Source: Hydrolagus colliei
Taxonomy: Eukaryota
Direction of reading: 5' to 3'
Length of the DNA: 64,000 nt
Assembly: GCA_035084275.1 (NCBI GenBank)
Contig: CM068742.1
Coordinates: forward strand, 58,094,001 to 58,158,000
Positions 38,755-49,594 of the stretch are shown here, in pieces. The position numbers and the translations under genes are program-made. How positions within the stretch are numbered: the stretch's first letter is position 1; each line of letters opens with the position of its first letter. Under the pieces are notes generated by a model. The model saw nothing but the letters and a program-made list of their open reading frames with translations. It did not search any database and was not told the DNA's origin.

Positions 38755-39064
38755 ATAGTAATAATAATCCTTGCATTTGATACAGCGCTTTATCACGTCT
38801 TCTAGACGTCTCAAAACGCTTCACAGAATATACTCGAAAGTGAATTGACTGCATATCTGTGAGCAAAATGAGTTAGCCAATTGCGCACAGCTCTGTCCCA
38901 CAAACAGTCGTGGAATGAGTGACCAATTTATTCTATTTTTTGGTGGTGGGATTATTACTAGGCATGTGGAGTAAGGAAACTTGCCCAAGGTTTTGCCCTG
39001 CCTGGAATCAAACCCATATATCTTGCTTGTAGGGCAAGTACTCTAACCACTGATCTACAGGTCT
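38755..39064 (-). mobile_element. tRNA-derived SINE, short form
   Basis: Well-preserved reverse copy of the 1563 family. Confidence 0.9.
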
Positions 39065-39234
39065 TCACAATGTGTAGTGACCATGTTTTGTAGATAAATT
39101 TGCACTTAGCAATGTCCCACAAACAAATTTATTCAATTTTACCTTGGTCATTGTTGGCAAGGACACTAGAAGAAATTCATTTAACTTTTTGAGTAGCACC
39201 ATGGTATTTTTAACATCGTCCTTAGCACATTTGA

Positions 39235-39535
39235 ATCCCTCCATGGCCTTGCCCCACCCTACCTCTGCAACCTACTAATCCTCTACCAACCTGTCCACTC
39301 ACTCTGCCCAGCAGCCTGCACCATGTCCCCAGACACACTCACCCCACCATCTTTCTAGTTCCACCTCAAGATACACCTCTTCGACGGTGCCATTGGTCAA
39401 ACCCCTTCCCCTCCCTTTCCTTCAACCTCTCCAATCCCAACCGCAGCTCTGGTTTGAAAAACTGATCCTCCAGCACCTTGGTGGTACGTCCTCCCAACGT
39501 GAAAGGTGCTATACAAATGTAATTCTGCTGTTGTT
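39235..39535 (+). mobile_element. L2 3' fragment
   Basis: CCCTCCATGGCCTTGCCCCACCCTACCTC.. and tail GTGAAAGGTGCTATACAAATGTAATT. Confidence 0.8.
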
Positions 39536-39896
39536 TGCGGCTTCACAACATTGACCTCTGTATCCTAGCAAGAAAATTATTTTCTTTTTGTTCCCAAAAA
39601 CTTAAAAATGTTTTACAATATTCTCATATTTTCAACTTGTGTATTTTTCAGAGTATTTTACAATGTTAGTCTGGTTCATTTATGAACTCAATAGTCGCTG
39701 AGTCAAAAGGTTGTTGATTCAAGCCTCACATCAGGGCATTGATCTTTACTGATGTTACAATGCAGTGGTGGGGATAAAGTCATTAAATCTAGGTCAAACC
39801 TGTCTGTTCAGTTGGATGGTAAAGATCCCACGATTCAACTAAAAATGAGAAATGATTTTCTCATAGTATCTAGGCTATGAGATACAATTGATCATT

Positions 39897-40217
39897 CAGT
39901 CCTGTAATTTAGTGGTTAGAGCTCTCACATTGCAAGCAAGAGACCTGAGTTTTATTCCAGCAGGGCAAACATTGGGCAAGTTTCCTTACTCCACACACCT
40001 CATTTTACCTAGCAGTAAATAGGAACCTAGTTGATTAGCGGATCGCTTTTCCAGGGGTAATTAATCACTTTTTAAAAATTGGTCACTCTATCCATGACTG
40101 TTGTACTCAATTGGCTGGTTTTGCCCACAAAATATCAGTCAATTCACTTTACAGTATATTCTGTGAAGCCCTCTGAAGCATCTCAAAGTCGGTTTAAATG
40201 CAAGGATTATTATTATT
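39897..40217 (+). mobile_element. tRNA-derived SINE, long form
   Basis: AGTCCTGTAATTTAGTGGTTAGAGC head; TTGGGCAAGTTTCCTTACTCCACACACCTCATTTTACCTAGCAGTAAATAGG; tail. Confidence 0.85.
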
Positions 40218-40239
40218 CACTTTATGGCTGCTGGTGGAA

Positions 40240-41230
40240 AAACAAAAAAAAAATTACATTTGTGTAGAGCTTTCACATCGGGAGGATGTCCCAAGGCAAT
40301 AGACAATCAGTATTTGAGACTCGAGCTGAGTATTGGGATTAAAGAGGTGGGATTAAAGAGGGTGGATGTGAGGGGGTAAAAGTGGGTGATCGAAAACACA
40401 GTCTGAGAGGGGTCCTAAAATGGGTCTTGAAGGAGCCAGGGGAGGGGGTGGTGGATGGACTGCTGAATGACATTCCAGAGGGTGGGGGCAGAGTGGCTGA
40501 AGGCCTGACCGCCAATGGTGGGGTGGGCAAGATGGGGGATGTGAAACAGGCTGCTGAGTGGGGGGAGCAGGCAAATTGGTAGGGAGATAGGAGGTTGTAG
40601 AGCTAGTAGCAAGGCCATGGAGGTCTTTGAAGGTGAGGAGGAGGATCTTGAACTGTATCCTCTGTAGCAGTAACTGTCCAGTGCCTTGGGACGTCCTCCT
40701 GACGTGAAAGGTGCTGCACAAGTGTAATTTTGTTGTTGTTGTAGGATGAGAAGCCAGTGGATTTGAGCAAGGATGGGGTTGCTAGGGTCATGGAGCCTGG
40801 TACGGGAGAGGACACCTGCTGTCCAGTTCTAGATGATCTATGGAGGGAGGAGTAACCTATGGAGGGAGGAGTTTGGGAGGTCACGTAGTCAGGCCTGGAT
40901 GCTCTGAATACATTTGGCATCCTGCAGTGCAAGACAGGGACAGAGATTGGGTGTTGCAGAAGTGGGGTAAGGCACAGTGAGCGGGTCATGACATGGATGT
41001 GTGATAGAAAGGATTGTTGAAGGTCAAGCAGGACAACAACAACAAACAACAAAATTGCACTTATATAGCACCTTTCACGTCAGGAGGACGTTTCAAAGCA
41101 CTGAACAGTCAGGTCGGGACCCAAGCGAGGGGCATATAGGAGGGATGGGGTAGGAGGAAGGAGAGGGGGAAGAGTTAGTGGGCACCAACATTCCGGATTG
41201 GTTTACTGAGATGGAGTGTGAATCCATGGA
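40240..41230 (-). mobile_element. L2 3' fragments with additional short L2 tails inserted
   Basis: RIQFKILLLTFKDLHGLA and APTLWN on minus; extra tails at about 40672-40742 (+) and 41033-41110 (-). Confidence 0.8.
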
Positions 41231-43269
41231 TGATGATGCTATTAGCACCTGAGGTGTGGAGACGCTGATCTGAAAACAATGTACGAAATGCAAGGAATCT
41301 TCAGAATAGCTGTTATTGTATATTGTATTTATCATGTACTGTTGTTCAATTTGCGTTACTCTCTCAGAAGATATTCAAATGATAAATACCATAGTACCAT
41401 CTGAACTGCAGGTTCGAATGGTCAAGTTGTACCTTCAGTTTAAATAATGAGCTTTTGTTCATTATTATGGTATTTGATATGACAACATTCCTGAACCAGA
41501 GCATTAGTCTCTGAATGGAAAAGGAAAGGAGGAAAATAACATTTGTTGAATAAGAATATGTGTATAAAAATCCAGATTCCATACAGGACAAGATTATGAT
41601 ATGTTGCACTGCATGTTTTTGAGTGAACAATTCAGACGAGACTTTCTGTGCCTTTAATCAGCGACAGCTCAGAAGGACCACTGCAAGGGCAGTTTGCTCA
41701 TTAATATGCACCAAAGAGTACCATGAATGAAACCTTTGATTTGTTGTTCTGTTTTCTTCTGAGTGATCTTTAATACAGCAGCAAAAAAAATCCTGCAGAA
41801 ACCATTTTAAAGTTTTTTTTAATTTCAGAAACATCTACAGAATAAATTCCGTGCAAGATAAATATCTGGTCAGTGCTTCACTGCAAAATATTGTCACAGA
41901 GATTTGATGATTTAAGTGACTTGATGGATTATTTGCATTAGTATTCTACCTTGGTGAGGAGGCACAAAGTGTCTAGCATATTTTGGTACACACATGAAAA
42001 TGTCAATACAGCAATATGTCTGATACATTACAACATCATCTAAGAGCAGTAGCAGATATTGTGGATCATTTGTCCTTATTGACATAAGGTTTTGTTTGTC
42101 ACTTTGATCATTAATATTTGAACCAAGATGAGTATAGGACATAGAAGTGCTCTTAGCATGCCTTTATTATTGCCATAGTTCTTCATAAGAACTAAATCCT
42201 AGGGAAATTTGTATGAATGAGCAACTTACATGAAAATACATCATTAGTATTCACAGGGCAAAGAGCACTGTCAATTAATAGAATAAATGCTTTACTCATT
42301 ATATTAAATAACACAATGTAGAAATGCTACAGTAAGCCTCAGGGTACTAAGCGTATTAGTTGTATAAAAATATTTTTTTTGGAAGGCATTTTTCAAATGA
42401 CAGCCTAATATGTTATGGATTGTTTGATATTTTTCATAGCAAACCACTCTTCTTAACCCTTAAAGGTGGATACTACTGAAGGCATATGCTAGTGTAGTCA
42501 AATACCACAGCTGCCATCTGGCTAATGCCATTTAAACCATATACTGTATAAAGATAAAAATGTTTCAGAAAGTAGAGTTCACTGTTTATCATTGTGAAGT
42601 CTTATCGAAGGAGAATGCAGCTGATATTTCTCTGGAACTCAATCAGGATTCAGTCTTTCTTTTTCAAATAATCTGCATTATAAGAGGATTCTGCACTGGA
42701 AAATCTGGGGGACTGACATTTCCAGGTATGCTCAAAACCAGAGGAAAGTTTCCTGAACAAAAATGTTAAGCAGTGATGTTAGCAAAATCATGTTATTAAA
42801 ATCCTAAATGTTATAATCGAAAGTACAGTTTATCAGGAAATGGTGAACACTGTTATGATAAAATATATAGCAGATAATCAGTCAATTTAACACTGCAGAA
42901 TGTCAACTAATCCAACTGTGGCATATAAGAAGATGGTAAAAATTCTCAAAAGGCTGAAGTGGGGGGATGGGGTGGGGTGGGGGGAAGGGGAGAGGAGTTG
43001 GGAGGTTGCAAAAACATGCGTGGATAATCAATCAAAACTTGCATTTACATAGTGCCTTTCACTTGAGAGGACGTCCCAAGGCGCTGTACAAACAGGTAGG
43101 GACAAGAGCAGGGGGGGAGGGGGAGGGGCAGGATGAAGGAGAGTAGGAGAATTGACTGTATATTTGTAGGCGAACTACATTGTATTTGATAACATATCAA
43201 AGCACCTTTATTGTAAAGAACATTGACTTTGTTTGTAAGTGAACATCAAAGTCAATTTGTGTCTAACAT

Positions 43270-44960
43270 TGTCTCTGAACTTTCCCTTCAAAGTTGCTAG
43301 AATGAGTCATTGCTTCCCAGCTTTGCCTCTTCTCCTGCCACTTCCTCCACAAACCCTTCCAATCGGGTTTCTGTGCCACCAACTGCACAGAAACAACTGT
43401 CGTCAAATTAACAAGAGGCATTTTGCCCATCTTCAACCAGGGTTCCATCTGCTTCCTCGTCCTTCTTGACCTATCTGCTGCTTCGATACCGTTGACCACT
43501 CTATCCTCCGTCACCGCCTCTTCTCTCACCTAACCCTGGTTCTGTCCTTGAATGGTTGAAAACCCACCTCTCACACTGTCTCCATTTCATCTCCAAAAAC
43601 ACTTCTCCAGAAGCCCCTGCACTATCTTGTGCAGCATTCCTCAGGACTCAGTCCATGGCCGCCCACTCTTCAATATCTATATGCTCCCTCTTAGTGACAC
43701 CATCCTCATCCTTACGTCCCCACCAGAATACCAGATTGGCCCACCGGCATATCTGGTTGGACCTTATCAAAACTTACTGCTCTGGCCTCTGTCAAATCAT
43801 CCTTCTGGAGGTCAAGCGCAACCCTATACTGCTGTTCTCCACAACAAACCAGGTCCTCTGCCCTCCCTATCATGCCTCCCAGATTCTTTCCTATAATTCC
43901 CACCTCCCTCCCTCATTACAACACCTAATCATCCTCCCTTCCACACCATCGAACCTGTCTCTCCCTCTTCTGTCATCACAACCTTATTCACTAAGAAGCC
44001 CACCACCTGCTCCCTGGACCCCATCCCCACATCTCTCCTTAGCTCCCAGCTCCACCTCCTTGCCTCCCTACTCCCTGACACTATCAAGATGTCCCGCTCA
44101 TCTGGCACCTTTCCCACACACCTCAAAACAGCCACTATTCTGAAGAAAACTTCCCTCGACACTTCACAGCTTTACAAGCTACAGATCCTCCAGAAGTCTG
44201 CAGCTTGTGTCCTTTCCCACACTAAGCTCCGCGACCACATCACTCCCAAACTTGCCTGGTTCCATTGGCTCCCCATACCCCCAGATGATCAAATTCAAAA
44301 TCCTCGACTTTCAAGGCCATTCATGGCCTTCCCCTCCTATCTCTCTGACCTGACCTATCAACAGGCACTCCGTTCAACGGGCTCTGATCTGCTCCATGTC
44401 CCCCAGCCGACCACCCTACCATCAGTGGCCGATCTTTCAGCCTCTCTAACCCCACACTGAAACTCCAGCCCACAGTCCCTTTGCCTTGCTTCCTCCCTTG
44501 TCTCCTTCAAGGCCGGTCTCAAGACCGTCCTCTTCAATCTTGCTTTCTGCCACCCTCACAACTCTCTCCCTCCCCTCCCCCTAACGCTGCCCCTCCTCCT
44601 TACTCGTGTCCTGACCCCTGACTGTTCAGTGCCCTGGGACATCCTCCTGATGTGAAAGGTGATCTAGAAATGTAATTTTTTTGTTGTTGTTCAAAGCCCT
44701 CCGTGGCCCTGATACCCCTACCTGTGTTGCTTCCTAATCCCCTACCAACCTGCCCCTTCCTCCGCTCAGACGACTCCTGCCTGCTTCTTTTCCCCTGCAT
44801 TTTTCGCCCCACCATTTGAGCAGGTCTCTACCCCCATCCACTGAAACTCCATCCTACAATCTTTCTGCCTTGCCACCTCCTCAAGACCCTGCTCTTTGAC
44901 TGTGCTTCCTACCCCCTGCCCTCCACCCTCCCCGATCCCGAACCCCAGCTTGGGTCCAAA
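43270..44960 (+). mobile_element. Cluster of rearranged L2 ORF2 fragments
   Basis: LVLLDLSAASIPLT (LDLSAAFDT-like), PQDSVHGRPLFNIYML, LQILQKSAACVL..FHWLPIP; tail near 44630-44690. Confidence 0.85.
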
Positions 44961-47614
44961 ACACCAGCTTGTGGTGTCCTCTCATCATATAACTATACGA
45001 CTGTAATTTTGTTTTGTTTTTGCTTTGTTTTTGTTGTTGTTAATAGCCATGAAGTGAATGATCAATTTTATGTGGAGCATTGGTGCACAGGACAACAGAA
45101 GAAACTCCCTTCTCTTTTTGAGTAGCACAATTAGATCTTTAAGAATGTAATGCTTCCCTGGCAGCCAGCACAGAGAATGAGCTGAACATCTTAACTTAAT
45201 GATAAGATAGTTGTGCCATTTGTCAGTGTGAGACATGTTAAAACCCATATCCATGCTTAAGTGCATCAAGAACAAACTGAGATTTCCAGGCATCCCACCT
45301 ACACATGGAAATCTCAGAGACAGATTGTTGGAATAGTTGGAATGTCGCACTCTCTCCATGGAGGGATGCATCTTGCTTACTTAATTTCGGAAATTGGCAG
45401 GTGCAGGTTGACAAATTTATCTTGGTCTTTAGTGCAAGCATATCCGAGGGTGATTGGAAGTCGGATGATTTAACAATGCAGCACCTTCCTGTTTGGGTAT
45501 GGTATTTGCTGATTTTACTGACACCCTTAGGTCTCTTGAAACTTCTCACTTTCTATGTAACCTAAACAAACTGTACCAAAGTGCTATGATTATGGATTGG
45601 GAACAGCAGTGAAAGCACTGACATCTATGAGTGCAACTATTATATATATATACATTGGGTAAAACTCGAAGGGTTTACAATTGCAGCAAATATTTTGGAA
45701 TTAAATGGAAGAGTGCAAAGCTTCAGAACAGATTTAATAAATTATCTGATAATTTTTTAATCTGTTAAGTACATCACACTTTTCATCTCAGTGACCATCC
45801 TGAAATCAACATTAATGTTCGTTCTGTTTACTGGTGACACCAAGTGCAAAACCTTGACTGCAGTGCATTAGGTTTCTCCATGGATTCAAAAACACATCTA
45901 AGAATAAATTGAACCCACTTAAAACATGATTACAGAGCATGGATATAGCCCAGGATCTTCGCTTAATAACCCTATTAATTCAATTCTTCATCCTTGCAAA
46001 AGGGAATTTTCAAATTAGTGGCCTCAAATTGCAGAAAGGTGATAGGCAGCTCATTTGACCTATTGGGTATTACAGTGTCCTTAAGGACTTGTAATTCTGC
46101 TCATCAAATGGAGATCAAGATAATTTACATTGACTTAATAATTTATCTTATTAAAATGATACTCAAGTGCTGCACATGGGATACTCAGTGGGGAGTGTGT
46201 AACACAGAATTTATTCCACCCACGAGGAAAACCTTGCTTGTGTGCTCATAACTTTCTCCTTCCAAAGATATTAGGACTGTCCTCAAATACACTGCTGCCT
46301 GTCTCTGAGCAGACGGTAATGTAGAGTGTTCGCTAATGGATTACAAATAAACACGACACAGATGGAGCATTGTTCCCATAATAAAGCATGATAACTGCAG
46401 GCAATTTAAACAAATTTACTACCTAAACCACCAACATATTGTGGTAATCTGGATGAATTTAGCACAATTACAAACAGTTAACTCTGATTATTGTAATCCC
46501 ATTAGTGAATGCGACAGCTATGGATAGTACAAGTGACCTCAAAAAATTACTTATACTACACCTTTCACATTGGAAGTGAGATGTAGGGGGGTGAGGTGAC
46601 AAAAATCACAGTCAAAACAATAGGTCTAAAGACGTCATAGATAATTCTCACTGTAAGAAACATCCTTTGCTTTGCATCAGTTGCTGCTGGTAGCCTGGCG
46701 CTAGGTAGAATAGATTAACAAAGGGTTCTAAGAGGTTGTTTCTAAAGTCAACAACAACAACAACAACAAAATTAAAAGCTAATTCACAGAAAAACAGTCA
46801 GAAAGGATAATACTGTAGAACATTTTGGCTTCATCACAAAACATACTAAATTACAGAACCACTGCAGATAGCTTGGCAGTCTATGGTTAGAACATTGTAT
46901 TCAGTTTGGGTACACAACCTGAGAAAGGAGCCAGGCTTCGCCACTGTTAAATACTCTGAGATGCTGCCCTGCATGAACTGTGCAATATAAGTGTAAATGG
47001 TTGTTGTTGTCTTAGCCATTGAGGGGGTTCAGTGACAGCAGAATGATACCTGAAATTAATACCTGAATGATACATGAAACATGATGAGAGACTGACTGGA
47101 GTGAATTTTGGTAGGGTCCATGTAGTTGAGCGGGCGATATGATATGGTTGAGGCATTCAATGTAACTGAATGCCTCAATTATATCACACACTCATTGATG
47201 GATTCAGGATAAAACGACAGAAACTTAAATGTAGAGCTAAGACAATAAAGATGGAATCTAGAAGAACAAATGTTCTTTATGCAAAGGTTTATGACCATAT
47301 GGAACAGAGTCATTTGTAGTGCTTCAAAGAGTCATCAATATAATTTATCAATAAAAATATTAAGGTACCCACTAGGGTCCGGCGATATATCGATATATAG
47401 CTAAAACCCGATATAATTTTCATATCGATACGCTGATATAGACATTACAAAATTATTGATATATCAAAAAATCGATACATCGAGGTAAAAAGTCGGAATG
47501 CCACACACTGAACTACAAGACCCAGAATGCTCATCTCTATACACAATGCACAGACCGAGGTGCAAAGCCGCCATAATGTATTCATTGTCCTCGAATACAA
47601 TATACAGGTATGCA

Positions 47615-48040
47615 AGGGGTGGGGGGGTAGAGAAGGCTGGTGGGGGGCAAGGGGAGGGAGACGGCTGGTGGGGGTGTGAGGGGGAGAGAGACGGCTGGGG
47701 GGGGTGAGGGGGAGAGAGACGGCTGGGGTGGGGGAGAGAGACGGTTGGGGGGAGGGTGTGGGGGGAGAGACAAGGCTGGGGGGTGCGGTGGTGGGGAGAG
47801 AGAGACGGCGAGGGGGTGGGTGGGGGGGAGAGAGAGAAAGGGGTGGGGGGTGGGGGGGAGAGAGAGATGGTGGGGGGAGGGGGAAAGAGATGGCTGGGGG
47901 CGCGCGGGGGGGAGAGAGACGGCGAGTGTGGGTGTGGGAGGGAGAGAGAGACGGCTGGGGGGGTGGGGGGGAGAGGGACGGCGGGGGGGGGGGGGAGGAG
48001 AGAGACGGTGGGTGGGTGGGGGGGAGAGACGAGGTGGATG
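47615..48040. repeat. G-rich minisatellite (GnAGAGAGACGGCTGn) inside the hAT element
   Basis: Repeated GGGGAGAGAGACGG units separated by long G runs. Confidence 0.9.
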
Positions 48041-48172
48041 TGATAAAATACAGATAGATAGAGATGGGGGGATGTGAGAGAGATACAGAGACACAGACAG
48101 AAAAACACAGAGATGGAGAGAATGAGAGACACAGAGAGAGAAAGATATTTACCTCCTGAGGAGATAGGCCCT

Positions 48173-48274
48173 GAATGCATGCGCACCCGGAATACGCGCG
48201 CACCCGGAATGCGCGCGCACCCAGAACGTGCGCCCACTCTGAATGCGCGCGCATGCGGAATGCGCGCGCATGCG
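48173..48274. repeat. Six 17-bp CpG-rich tandem units (GAATGCGCGCGCAYSCG)
   Basis: Units begin at 48173, 48190, 48207, 48224, 48241 and 48258. Confidence 0.9.
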
Positions 48275-48379
48275 CAGTACGAAAAACCCGAAAATATCGA
48301 TATTTCAATATATCTCGATATGAGCCCATCGATATATCTAAATCGGAAAATTTCCATATCGACGGACCCTAGTACTAAC

Positions 48380-49594
48380 TAGGGTCCGGCGATATATCAA
48401 TATATCGCTAAAACCCGATATAATCTTCATATCGATACGCCGATATAGGCATTTCGAAAATATCGATATATCGGAAAAGTCGATATATCAAAAAAATCGG
48501 GATGCATGCGCACTGAACTACAAGACCCAGAAGGCTCATCTCTATACACAATGCACAGACCGAGATGCAAAGCTGCCATATTGTATTCATAGTCCTCGAA
48601 TACAATATACAGGTATGCAAGGGGTGGGGGGTGAGAGAGATGGCGGGGGGTGGGGGGGTGGGAGAGATGGACGGTGGAGCAGGGGGGGAGAGAGGGATGG
48701 CGGCGGTGGGAGGGAGAGAGAGGGGTGGGGGGGTAGGGGGAGAGAGGGACAACAACAACAACAACTTTGATTTATATTGCGCCCTCCACGCCAGAAGGTG
48801 TCTCAGAGCGCTTCACGGTTACGGGTCCCGGGACCGAGCCAGGGGCTGGGGCAGGAAGGTGACCAAAAGCTCGGTCGAAGAGAAAGGTCTTCAGCTGTGA
48901 CCTGAAACTGGGAAGAGAGGGGGCGAGGCGAAACAAGTGAGGAAGGGAGTTCCAGAGCCTCGGGGCTTAGTGGCTAAAGGCACGGCCGCCGAGGGTGGAG
49001 CGGAGGACTCGGGGGACATGGAGGAGGCCAGACCCGGAGGAACGAAGGCAGCGGGTGCTGGGTTGGAGATCAGTGAGATAGGGGGGTGCAGAGGAGTGGA
49101 GGGATTTGAAAACAAAGGTGAGGATCTTGAAGTCGATCCTCTCTGGGATAGGGAGCCAGTGAAGTCTGGCAAGGATTGGGGTAATGGGGGAGCGAAGCTT
49201 AGAGTGGGTGAGTATGCGGGCGGCAGAGTTCTGGATAAGCTGGATTTTGTGGATTGTGGATGGCGGCGGGGAGGGGGGGGAGAGAGGGACGGCGACGGTG
49301 GGGTGGGGTGGGGGGAGAGACGGGGTGGATGTGATAATATACAGATAGATAGAGAGGAGAGAGACGCAGAGACACAGACAGAAAAACACAGAGATGGAGA
49401 GAGTGAGTGTGAGAGACACATAGAGAGAAAGATATTTACCTCCTGAGGAGATAGGCCCCGAATGCGCGTGCACCTCCGAATGCGCGCGCCACGTGTGCTT
49501 GCGCAGTACGAAAACCCTGGAAATATCGATATTTCGGTATATCTCGATATGAGCCCGTCGATATATCTGAATTGGAAAATATCGACGGACCCTA
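48380..49594 (-). mobile_element. Non-autonomous hAT element, copy 2 of the tandem dimer (contains an L2)
   Basis: Same TIRs; preceded by GTACTAAC (48372-48379), followed by GTACCCAC (49595-49602). Confidence 0.9.
48749..49259 (-). mobile_element. Young 5'-truncated L2 inserted in the hAT G-rich repeat
   Basis: TIHKIQLIQNSAARILTHSKLRSPITPILARLHWLPIPERIDFKIL, nearly identical to the 30717 copy; (AAC)n tail on the plus strand. Confidence 0.95.

Larger units (their letters stand above)
47373..48371 (-). mobile_element. Non-autonomous hAT element, copy 1 of a tandem dimer
   Basis: TAGGGTCCGGCGATAT..ATATCGACGGACCCTA; preceded by GTACCCAC (47365-47372); inserted in a degraded CR1 3' end. Confidence 0.9.

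Noticed and set aside
48173-48274. CRISPR-like array
   Set aside because: Contiguous tandem units without unique spacers; vertebrate context; no cas genes
47445-48382. ORFs of about 295 aa rich in Pro or Gly
   Set aside because: Translation of the G-rich minisatellite; open in several frames on both strands; no domain
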